From Bacteroidales bacterium (GTDB lineage Bacteria > Bacteroidota > Bacteroidia > Bacteroidales > JAIOZK01), in assembly GCA_021740625.1 (NCBI GenBank), contig JAIOZK010000008.1, forward strand, positions 27,627 through 91,626: DNA of 64,000 bases, read 5' to 3'. Below the pieces are notes generated by a model, which had not been told where the DNA came from, searched no databases, and saw only the letters and a list, made by a program, of their open reading frames with translations. Below are positions 51,809 to 60,328 of the stretch, piece after piece. A program made the position numbers and the translations under genes. Position 1 is the stretch's first letter; each line of letters starts with the position of its first letter.

Positions 51809-52441
51809 TTATTTAATCAACTCCAGCCCTTCCTGCGCCGATTCATCCTCCGGACTGATAAGCAAAGTCTTTTGAAACAGCACTTTGGCTTCCCGGAGTT
51901 TTTCCAGTTTCAGCTTGGTCCAGGCCAGCATGATGACAGCATCGTAATCGAAAGGATAAAGATTGACTACCTTTTCAAAGTATTTTTCTGCTTTCTGGAA
52001 ATCTTCCCTGCCATAATAAATATTACCAAGCCTGTAATTGGCATAGGTATTTTCGGGATCAATTTCCAGGATCTTGTTGTACTGATTGATCACCTGTTCC
52101 CAGTTGCCCAGAGAGGATGCGGGATAAGCGATCCCAAAACGCGCTTCAATGGATATGGGTTTCAGGCTGATGGCCTTCTGATAATAGGCAATGGATTCGG
52201 TGAACAACCCGGAAAGATAGGCCAACCAACCCAGCCGGAGATTTATTTCGTAGGAGTTTTCATCATAAACTGTCTTCATGGTTTCCGATGCTTTGGAATA
52301 TTCTCCCTCTTTTTCCAGTTCGTAACTCAGGCTGAATGCCTCTTTAACTTCTTCAAATTGCTGGGCAAAAAGCATGGTACTGCTCAATAACAGCATCAAT
52401 AAAATCATGCTCACTTTGAAATATATTTTTACATTTTCCAT
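51809..52441 (-). CDS. Exported tetratricopeptide repeat protein
   Basis: Signal peptide; several TPR-like helical repeats. Confidence 0.85.
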   Translation of the reverse strand: MENVKIYFKVSMILLMLLLSSTMLFAQQFEEVKEAFSLSYELEKEGEYSKASETMKTVYDENSYEINLRLGWLAYLSGLFTESIAYYQKAISLKPISIEARFGIAYPASSLGNWEQVINQYNKILEIDPENTYANYRLGNIYYGREDFQKAEKYFEKVVNLYPFDYDAVIMLAWTKLKLEKLREAKVLFQKTLLISPEDESAQEGLELIK

Positions 52442-53910
52442 GTTAATCCTCCTATGATCATTTGTTCGGTATAATTCGTATTGATCGTATTATCGTTTGG
52501 CCTTTGCACAAAATCATTATAATAATGCAGCAGCCATCCTTCCTTTTCCCTGTACTGATATCGGATGCTTAACTCAAGTTTTTCCGTTAAAAGCATCAGC
52601 AGGTTAAGCTCTGCAATATATTTAATTTTATCGTACACATTGTAAACCACAAATGATTGGTCCCAATATGTGTTTTCGAGTTCTCCCTGCATGTATTTGC
52701 CTTCCAGCCAGATCCTTGGGAGTATTTTTAAACTGACCGATTGAGAGAACAGGAACTTATTCTCCTGGTGATTTTCTATGATATAATAAGAAAAACTTGT
52801 TGCACCGTAAAGATTCAGATTGCCGAAAGGGTAGTAATGAACACCGGCACTAAATCCAAGCTGATCTCTTAAATTCAGCCTCGAAAAGGATGCTGCCGCT
52901 GAAACTCCCAGGCATTGAAAATTCTTGTTTGCCGAAAGCCCGATGATGTAGTCATTCAAGACTGTATCCTTTTGATTGAAAATGTACTCATTTCTGATAT
53001 AATCGAAATAATTGTAGGTTCCATTAAATTTATCGTAATATTCGATTTCCTTTTCCTCATGGGGAATATAATTCACATCAAATTTCTTATAGTTTACCCG
53101 TAGATAATGCCCGTATGCAGCAATATTCCAGTCTTTTCCCAGATAAAAATCTGCTTTGAGGTATAGCTGGATTTGCCTGATATTCGACCGGAAAGTCATT
53201 TCTTCCTGCTGTAAAGTATAGTAGTAATCACTGGTAAAGGTAGTTTCAACAATGGAATCGAGTGCAAGATCCGTATAATAGCGGTATTTGTTCTTTTTCC
53301 TTCTTTGAATATAGCTCATACCGGAGTAAAGAGAAATGTCGGGTGACAGGTTCATTTTCAAACCGGCATGTGAATAAATTGAATTCCCTGTTAGCTGGTT
53401 TTCGAGGTAAATGGTGCTGTCGGTCCACTGCTTTTGCAAATCCCCGTTGTTTTTGTCATCATTGCCAAAAAGAATTCCTCCTTCTAAATAAATTTTATCC
53501 ACAAAACCCAGGTCATCGTCAATTTGCAGTTCCTTTCTCCGGGCTTCCGGGATCTTTTGAGCAAAATTCCGTGCTTGTTTATCCCTGTTCAGGTATAGGT
53601 TGGTATAATACAGGTATGTCAGCAGAGCATTGTCGTTCTGGTTGAATTCATATGCTTTTCCAAAATGCAGTTTTGCCTTAATATAATTTTTCATGGAATA
53701 ATAGGCCACCCCCATGCGATAGCGCAGGTAATAATAATCAAAACCCTGTTTGATCCCTGCCTTCCCCAGGTCAACCAGTGAGTCCCATTTTTCTTCCTGG
53801 TATAAACGATAGGTTTCCCTGTCCAGTGTCTGAAAGTCGATCTCCTTTGCAGCCATTAGATTCATGCACAATCCTGTCATCATTAAAACCAAAAAACCAT
53901 GTTTACTCAT
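52429..53910 (-). CDS. Exported protein with N-terminal TPR and probable C-terminal beta-barrel
   Basis: Signal peptide, TPR-like repeats, aromatic beta-strand pattern ending GGLTWKM. Confidence 0.65.
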   Translation of the reverse strand: MSKHGFLVLMMTGLCMNLMAAKEIDFQTLDRETYRLYQEEKWDSLVDLGKAGIKQGFDYYYLRYRMGVAYYSMKNYIKAKLHFGKAYEFNQNDNALLTYLYYTNLYLNRDKQARNFAQKIPEARRKELQIDDDLGFVDKIYLEGGILFGNDDKNNGDLQKQWTDSTIYLENQLTGNSIYSHAGLKMNLSPDISLYSGMSYIQRRKKNKYRYYTDLALDSIVETTFTSDYYYTLQQEEMTFRSNIRQIQLYLKADFYLGKDWNIAAYGHYLRVNYKKFDVNYIPHEEKEIEYYDKFNGTYNYFDYIRNEYIFNQKDTVLNDYIIGLSANKNFQCLGVSAAASFSRLNLRDQLGFSAGVHYYPFGNLNLYGATSFSYYIIENHQENKFLFSQSVSLKILPRIWLEGKYMQGELENTYWDQSFVVYNVYDKIKYIAELNLLMLLTEKLELSIRYQYREKEGWLLHYYNDFVQRPNDNTINTNYTEQMIIGGLTWKM

Positions 53911-56120
53911 AGAATTCCGTCTTTCGAGATATTGATCGCCTCTGTTTTTTGTTTCCCCTGTCGAATGACAAATTTTTTCAATTCATTCTCCCCGAAATAC
54001 ATTACAAAATTTAGAGCCCTCACCACCTTCCCTCCTATTTTTAATTCAGCAGTTGAATGCAGTTCAATCGCACTGCCAGAAATGTCTTCTGAACTCTTGT
54101 GATATAACAGGCTGTATTTTGGCCTGATGAAAATATAAAAAGGTGCAAGAAAATCCTGCAGTATCTTCCATCCTCCCAGCTTTATCCCGCTTACCGGGAT
54201 CTCATCCTCAACTTTCAATCCCCTGTAAAAACCATTCACAATCTTGAATGCACCCAGGTAGAAGTAATAAAGCAAGGTATTCTTCTTCCCCATGTAGTTG
54301 ACGAAGGAATGAATATCCCCTTCATTTTTCAGGTAAGCCTTTGCCCCGCTTGTTTTGCATAAAATGTAAGTATTGTTCAGGATATCCGTTTGTACTTCCC
54401 ATTCGAAAATTTGCTCACGACCGGATTCATCCCTGACTTCGAACTTCATCTTTTGTCCGGCAACAAAATGCAGGGCCTTTTTCAGGGTATCATTGGATCC
54501 TATGTTCGAGATTAACTGGTCTTTTTCAGGTAGGCGGAATGTTTTCAATTCATATTTTCCGGAGTGATTCAGGATATAATGTGACACAGGATAATCAACG
54601 GTTTTGGAACCCACATGTGGGGTTTCCTGCAACTGAAAATGTATATGAGGTTCCGGAGAGCGGCCCGAGTTGCCGCAATAAGCCAGCACATCGCCTTTTT
54701 TCACAAACTCCCCCCTGGTCACCTTGAATGAATCTGCTTTGATATGGCTGATCTGACTGAATACTTTTTCACGATGTTTGATCACAATGGAATTCCCCCA
54801 GTTCCTCTCCAGGTTCATATCCCCAATTTTATTGTCTTCAATGCCGTCCACGATTTCCTGCACATAGCCGTCGGCAGGGGCTACGATGGGTTTGTTATAG
54901 GCATAATAATCTTCCGGGGTATTTCCCCTGCCTTTGAATTTCTGACCTTCATCATCGAAAATCTCAAAATCCCAGGCATGTTTCCAGTCGGATTTGTGAG
55001 TCATTTCACCATCATGGGCCTGTGTCACTTTCCATTCTCCCCAGAAAGGCAATCCAATGGACACATGATCCAGGTCGTGAAAACGTTTGTGAAAATTTCT
55101 TTGCACGTACAGGTTCTTCTCCGGTGAAAACTGCTGCACCGCAACCAGTTCGGGTGATTTGAAGTATCTTTCCCTGAACTTCATCACATACAGGAAAAGC
55201 AATACGATGATATTGAAAGGCAGAGAAAAGATCGAAAGCTGGAAAATGGAGAACAATGCACTGGTGCTTGTGATGGTGATCGACAAAAGGGGTGTAAGCA
55301 GGATCACCCAGAGTACTGATAAACGTGATGGAACAACAAAGAAGCCACCCACGGCAATGGCCGAAAGGATGTAATTGAAACCGATGTAACTATAACTCAA
55401 CTCACTGATATCGGCGCCAATGAAATGATAGAAATAATAGGCTGCATAAAACCCGATGATCGAAAGCAGGAAAGCGATTCGGGAATATATCAGCAGACCC
55501 AGAGCAATCAGCAAGCCGGCAAACAAATGATACTGAAAAAAGATGGCTCCCAGTGAACGAAAATAGATCTTGATGCTTTCATGCAGGGGCAGGTTGTTGA
55601 ACCATTCGTAAATATTTACCATGGACAATCCGCCCAGCATGTACATTTCGTTCAGGTTATAAATACCCCTTTCACTGATCTCCAGCGCCGAGAATTCCCG
55701 TGCTGCCAGGGTCACCATCCAGATGCCGAACAAAAAAGAAATGCTCAGGTAGGGCAGCCCGTATTTGCCAATGATCCCTTCCAGTGAAACTGTGATGAAC
55801 AAAGTCAGAATGGCCGTAAAAATCAGGAATACATAAAACTCCACGGAAGGCTGGAAGAAAACACCAACCCCCAGTCCAACCAGCAAAGAATTGAATCCGT
55901 AATAGCCGGATCTGATATTGAATCGGTTAAATCCCAGCACAAAAGCCATGGCATTTGAAATGATCACGGCCAGCATCCCGCTGATACCGGCATAAAGATC
56001 GAAAAAGGAAACAATGATCAATGCCAGCGCAAAAATTTTATTGTTCGAGAAGAATACCTGTGTATAACTGTTTAACAGGCTTTCGATAAAGGCAGATATT
56101 TTGATCTTGCTGCTGTTCAT
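53907..56120 (-). CDS. Urea transporter (UT) domain fused to peptidase M23 domain
   Basis: N-terminal ~320 aa TM with QVFF, GYYGFNS.LVG, GAIFFQ, LPF motifs; M23 H...D (AWDFE) and GNSGRSPEPHIHFQ. Confidence 0.85.
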   Translation of the reverse strand: MNSSKIKISAFIESLLNSYTQVFFSNNKIFALALIIVSFFDLYAGISGMLAVIISNAMAFVLGFNRFNIRSGYYGFNSLLVGLGVGVFFQPSVEFYVFLIFTAILTLFITVSLEGIIGKYGLPYLSISFLFGIWMVTLAAREFSALEISERGIYNLNEMYMLGGLSMVNIYEWFNNLPLHESIKIYFRSLGAIFFQYHLFAGLLIALGLLIYSRIAFLLSIIGFYAAYYFYHFIGADISELSYSYIGFNYILSAIAVGGFFVVPSRLSVLWVILLTPLLSITITSTSALFSIFQLSIFSLPFNIIVLLFLYVMKFRERYFKSPELVAVQQFSPEKNLYVQRNFHKRFHDLDHVSIGLPFWGEWKVTQAHDGEMTHKSDWKHAWDFEIFDDEGQKFKGRGNTPEDYYAYNKPIVAPADGYVQEIVDGIEDNKIGDMNLERNWGNSIVIKHREKVFSQISHIKADSFKVTRGEFVKKGDVLAYCGNSGRSPEPHIHFQLQETPHVGSKTVDYPVSHYILNHSGKYELKTFRLPEKDQLISNIGSNDTLKKALHFVAGQKMKFEVRDESGREQIFEWEVQTDILNNTYILCKTSGAKAYLKNEGDIHSFVNYMGKKNTLLYYFYLGAFKIVNGFYRGLKVEDEIPVSGIKLGGWKILQDFLAPFYIFIRPKYSLLYHKSSEDISGSAIELHSTAELKIGGKVVRALNFVMYFGENELKKFVIRQGKQKTEAINISKDGIL

Positions 56121-57068
56121 TTAAAAACCGGCTTGTTCTTCAAATTTAAACAATTCCGAAAGCCTGAATTCCCTGAGGTGGTTTGCCAGTGCATCACCGC
56201 AAACAAATCCTGACTCCAGGATAAATCCGTTTAACAGATCATTGGGTATATCCTCGAAATAGAAATTCAGCAGCCGGACATTCGGTGCTGCATTTTTCCA
56301 GAGTTCATCAGCATCCTTTTCCTCCTCTGTTTTCAAAACTTCAAACAATGCAGGAGGGAGGTCTTTTTCATTGATCAGTTTTCGGCTGTCGGACAAAACA
56401 TAGGCGGCTTTCCCCGAATCATGAAACAGGCGTGCATAAAGATGCGTTCCTGTTTTGTTGACAAAGTGATCCGTAAAAATACCATCGCTGCCAAAGAGGG
56501 CCAGGTCCATTTCATCTGCAAAGCGGGCAACGGATGCATCGCTAATCACTCTGACCATAAACCCCATCTCCGCCAGCTTTTCAGCCTGTATTTTACCTTC
56601 TTCTGCCGGATAGGAAATCGTCTGGTAGATCCGTGGAAAAACAGACTTTTCCGACAATACCTCCAGAGTTTTCAAAACAACTGCAGTGTTGCTGTGCAAG
56701 AGTATGGTTTTCCGGGAAAGATCTTCTTTTTCCAGTAAGTGTTCTGCAATCTGTTGTTCAATTCCCTGCCATTGATTTAGATATTCTGCCAGGAAAGAGA
56801 GCAGTTCTTCTTTTGCAGCATCGCCCTTGCGCATCAATGCTTTGTCTTCAATCCGCAAAAAGAAGCTGTTGATAAAATGGAAAAGCACGATCATACCGGA
56901 ATGGGCTGAAAACAAACGATTCAACTGATCGACCAGGCGGCCGGTTTGCAGGGATGAGGACTTTCTCAAATGTTCCTGCAGTGCCTGAAGCGTTTTTTCC
57001 AGGATCCCTGTCGAACCGCTCCGGTTATCGTGCATGATTGCTTTCAGTTTTTCTTCCCAGTTATTCAT
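56121..57068 (-). CDS. eIF2B alpha/beta/delta-like (MtnA/R15P isomerase family) protein
   Basis: DNRSGS, LLHSNT, YPAEEG...AE.L, GSDGI....VNKTGT, FEDIP..L..GFI.E.G. Confidence 0.8.
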   Translation of the reverse strand: MNNWEEKLKAIMHDNRSGSTGILEKTLQALQEHLRKSSSLQTGRLVDQLNRLFSAHSGMIVLFHFINSFFLRIEDKALMRKGDAAKEELLSFLAEYLNQWQGIEQQIAEHLLEKEDLSRKTILLHSNTAVVLKTLEVLSEKSVFPRIYQTISYPAEEGKIQAEKLAEMGFMVRVISDASVARFADEMDLALFGSDGIFTDHFVNKTGTHLYARLFHDSGKAAYVLSDSRKLINEKDLPPALFEVLKTEEEKDADELWKNAAPNVRLLNFYFEDIPNDLLNGFILESGFVCGDALANHLREFRLSELFKFEEQAGF

Positions 57069-57072
57069 ATTG

Positions 57073-58431
57073 TTACAATTCGAATTTTTTCAAATGTTCC
57101 GGCACCTTTTCAAAATGGTTGATGCTTTCCATGCTTTCTTTTTCGCGGATCAGGTGGTGCTTGCCTTTCTCATCGATCATCACGATGTTGGGCCGCAATG
57201 TAATGAACTGCATCCATTGTGTCATATTGTAGGCACCCACGGAATGCACAACCACCTGCTCTCCTTTGTTCAGCAAGGGAAGGTTGGCGTTCTCACGGAT
57301 CACATCGATGTTCATGCACAAAGGACCGTAAAGCACCGTATCTTCGGTATACTGGGTAAAAGGCTGTGCTGGCGAAATTTTATGATCGTACCAGAAAGAG
57401 GTAAACAGCAGGTTTACACCAATATCGAGTATGGTGGTCCTTTTGCCATCTGCCAGCCGTTTATTGGAGATCACCGAGCCGATCAGGAAGCCGGCATCAT
57501 CGATTAGGGCACGGCCTGTTTCGAGTATCAGCAGGGGTAATTGATCCGGCTTGAAGTCGCTGTTGATCAAAGCACTGGTGATGGCCTCGGCAAAATCGTC
57601 GAAAGTGGGATTGGTATCCGATCCGGGCAGGTAAGCGCCTTTCAGGGTGTTTTTGGAAGAAAAACCGCCGCCCATGTCAATGTATTTTATTTCGTGATTG
57701 TATTTTTTCTGTATGCCCAGGGCAAGGTCAGCCATCTTATATGCCGCCACAGAATAGGCGTTGGCTGAAAGCATAAAGGTACCGATATGTGTATGCAAAC
57801 CGACCAGCTCCAGTTTCTCCGAACGCACAATCTTGTTGAGGGCATCCCAGGCCTGCCCGTTCTCGTAGTTGAAACCAAAACGATCCCACATGGGATATAT
57901 ACCGGTATCCATGTTCACACGAATGGCGACTTTGGGTTTTTTATTCATTTTGCCGGCCAGTTCGATGATGGTATACAACTCATCCAGGTGATCGATGTGG
58001 ATGAGGGAATCGTTTTCAATGGCCATTTCCAGGTCATCCACCGTTTTATCGGGACCGTTGAAAATGATCTTTTTTCCATCCACGCCGTTCAGCAACGCTT
58101 TCTGGTATTCAAATCCCGAAACCACCTCGGCCCAGGATCCTTCCTGGTGAAACACATTGCAAACCGCGCTCAGGTAATTGGTTTTATAAGACCATCCGAA
58201 TTGCACTTTGGGATAGCGCGTGCTGAATGCCTTTTTGGCTTCCCGGTAGGTTTTTCGTATGGTTTTCTCCGAGATCACAAAAAGTGGTGAACCATATTCC
58301 TTTACCAGCTCCTTCACCGCCACACCATCAATATGAGTCTTGGGTGTATATTCCGTTTTTGTACCGAATTTATTCGGCATATTGGTTTCCAGCTTCTTGA
58401 TCACCGGACGTTCGTATCTTTGTTTTTGCAT
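57073..58431 (-). CDS. Fold-type III PLP-dependent decarboxylase (LysA/BtrK-like)
   Basis: SYKTN PLP lysine, IFNGP, HTHIG, DMGGGF, ETGRAL, GPLCMNID, GAY. Confidence 0.88.
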   Translation of the reverse strand: MQKQRYERPVIKKLETNMPNKFGTKTEYTPKTHIDGVAVKELVKEYGSPLFVISEKTIRKTYREAKKAFSTRYPKVQFGWSYKTNYLSAVCNVFHQEGSWAEVVSGFEYQKALLNGVDGKKIIFNGPDKTVDDLEMAIENDSLIHIDHLDELYTIIELAGKMNKKPKVAIRVNMDTGIYPMWDRFGFNYENGQAWDALNKIVRSEKLELVGLHTHIGTFMLSANAYSVAAYKMADLALGIQKKYNHEIKYIDMGGGFSSKNTLKGAYLPGSDTNPTFDDFAEAITSALINSDFKPDQLPLLILETGRALIDDAGFLIGSVISNKRLADGKRTTILDIGVNLLFTSFWYDHKISPAQPFTQYTEDTVLYGPLCMNIDVIRENANLPLLNKGEQVVVHSVGAYNMTQWMQFITLRPNIVMIDEKGKHHLIREKESMESINHFEKVPEHLKKFEL

Positions 58432-58468
58432 GACTATTTTATGTGTTACTGATTATCTTATTTTTTCT

Positions 58469-58546
58469 ATTGTTCGATTGTTCCATTGTTTCATTTTTAT
58501 CCGATCTTGCTTTTAACAATAGAGCAATCGAACAATGGAACAATTG
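58469..58546. repeat. Inverted tandem 8-mer repeat inside the operon
   Basis: attgttcg-attgttcc-attgtttc vs aacaatag-agcaatcg-aacaatgg-aacaattg. Confidence 0.75.
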
Positions 58547-58549
58547 AAT

Positions 58550-59602
58550 TTACAATTCCCCATAAGTTGATATTTGTTCAAATTCTTTGATATCCACGAT
58601 CATATCGTATGCATACCGGATAAACATTTTACCGATATCGTAGGTTTTGTATGGCTCGACTTTCTCGCCCATGGCCAGGTTCACAAGGGCTTCTGGAATG
58701 TTTTGCCCGACACCTACTGCCAGATAGACCCATGCAGGAATTCTTGGATTGATCTCCAGGATATAGAAATCATTCTTTTTGTCCTTCATCAGTTCAAGTT
58801 CAAAACCGCCCCGCCATTTGGTCTGGCTGATAAACTTATCCGTGAGTTCCAGCATCTTTTTATCTGCAATGGAAATGCCGCCCCATGCTTTTCCTTTATC
58901 CGTGATGTATTGCTTTCGCATGGGTACGGCAGAAATGGTGTTCCCTTTTCCATCCCCCAGTCCTGTCACATTGTATTCTGTACCATGTACAAACTCCTGT
59001 ATGATGATGGGCAACCCCCATTTGGCTGAAATCTTGTTAAAAGCACTTTTGGCCTGCTCCGAATTGTACACAATGCTGGCATCATAATACTTTCCTTTTA
59101 CCACCAGCGGGTATTCAATACCTTCCGGCAAACGATAAAGATCATTCACTGTATAAATGGGTTCACTTCGGGGCACATGCAAATCGTACTTTTTGCCGAA
59201 TTCCGGGAGGTTGTGTTTGTGTCTCTCTTCAAATTGTTTCATGGTCGGTAAAAAAGTATGCATGCCGATCTCCTTCAATCTTTTCTCAAGTTTGATAAAG
59301 GAATACAATTCCGCATCAAAATTGGGAATGATCATATCGATCTTTTCGATGGAACTGATGTGTTCAAGTCTTTTGAAAAGATTCTCAATGCCGGTGGTAG
59401 GATAAGGCACATGATAGGTTTTATCCACCAGGTCGTGCATGTAGATGCCCGGCTCAAGCGATTCGTATGCCAGGCCGATGATCCGCACATCAAAAGAAGC
59501 CGCCTCCCGTAAAGCCCTGATCACCGCTACACCCGGTCCCGGACTGTCGATCGCATTCAATCCGCTGACAGCAATGTTATACTTCTTTTTCATTGTTTTC
59601 AT
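58550..59602 (-). CDS. ATP-grasp ligase (carboxylate-amine ligase family)
   Basis: YPLVVKG, IIQEFV.G.EY, FELE....FYILEINPR. Confidence 0.9.
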   Translation of the reverse strand: MKTMKKKYNIAVSGLNAIDSPGPGVAVIRALREAASFDVRIIGLAYESLEPGIYMHDLVDKTYHVPYPTTGIENLFKRLEHISSIEKIDMIIPNFDAELYSFIKLEKRLKEIGMHTFLPTMKQFEERHKHNLPEFGKKYDLHVPRSEPIYTVNDLYRLPEGIEYPLVVKGKYYDASIVYNSEQAKSAFNKISAKWGLPIIIQEFVHGTEYNVTGLGDGKGNTISAVPMRKQYITDKGKAWGGISIADKKMLELTDKFISQTKWRGGFELELMKDKKNDFYILEINPRIPAWVYLAVGVGQNIPEALVNLAMGEKVEPYKTYDIGKMFIRYAYDMIVDIKEFEQISTYGEL

Positions 59603-59840
59603 CTATTATTTGATATTGCTTCAGCATACTGATGAAATCATTGAAATCCTTTTCCAGGGTTTCGGCATCCACCTGGTATTTTTCAAGCAATTCCTTTTCA
59701 ATCTCATCAAAACTTTTGTTTTCCTTCAGCATATTGAAGATCTCGGCTGCAACCGGATTCACGGAATAGGATTCACCTGTAATGGGGTTGAACACAAATC
59801 CCGATTCGCTGACGGCCACATTGGATTTAATTTTTGTCAT
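59577..59840 (-). CDS. PqqD-family protein (RiPP recognition element)
   Basis: 88 aa; FVFNPITGESYSVNPVAAEIFNML...LLEKYQVD...EKDF..FI..L winged-helix pattern. Confidence 0.85.
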   Translation of the reverse strand: MTKIKSNVAVSESGFVFNPITGESYSVNPVAAEIFNMLKENKSFDEIEKELLEKYQVDAETLEKDFNDFISMLKQYQIIDENNEKEV

Positions 59841-59974
59841 TGAATAAAATGTTAAAGATTCATTTTGCAAGGATAAGATGAATTCAGCAAAAAGCTGTTA
59901 TAAAATTTTCAGAAAGATGTATAAGATTTCCGGCTTTTCAACTCTTGATGTAAAATCAAAAGAGCAGCTATTAC

Positions 59975-60133
59975 AAAATGAACTACCCCGCCGCATAGCA
60001 AAGAGGTATCATCTTAAATGTGCCACAGAGCGGCGGGGAACCTGACCGTCAGGCAAGTTAAACCCATGAGTTCACTCAACTATCGCTCGGGATCCCTGCC
60101 TCGCCGTCAGGCATGGAGTTCGGCTAAATGATT
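59975..60133. repeat. Dispersed hairpin element, copy 2 (longer)
   Basis: Shares aaaatgaactaccccgccgca with 30278; ccccgccgc (59986-59994) pairs with gcggcgggg (60030-60038). Confidence 0.65.
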
Positions 60134-60328
60134 TTGATTACAAAATCATGGTCTCACTGATTTAACTGGCAGGCATGTTTTTTCTAATCAGCAACCCATA
60201 TCTCTAAATAGAGTCTGTTCATAAACTTATTGTACTTCCCACATTCCTCTATAAAAGCAATTTGTTGCATAAAAAATCAAAAATCTTTAACTTTACGGAA
60301 CCTTTCTTTGGGGGGATAGATAAATTTT

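Noticed and set aside
57073-58431. Calling the decarboxylase lysA
   Set aside because: Operon context, N-terminal extension and divergent substrate loop (CMNID rather than CESGD) argue against assigning the housekeeping symbol
60189-60275. Short minus-strand ORF (MQQIAFIEECGKYNKF..., 28 aa) as RiPP precursor for the RRE operon
   Set aside because: No leader motif or clear translation signal; overlaps the divergent promoter region; likely chance
60120-60328. Cobalamin riboswitch upstream of the B12-binding gene
   Set aside because: No GGGAA/B12-box core in the correct order on either strand
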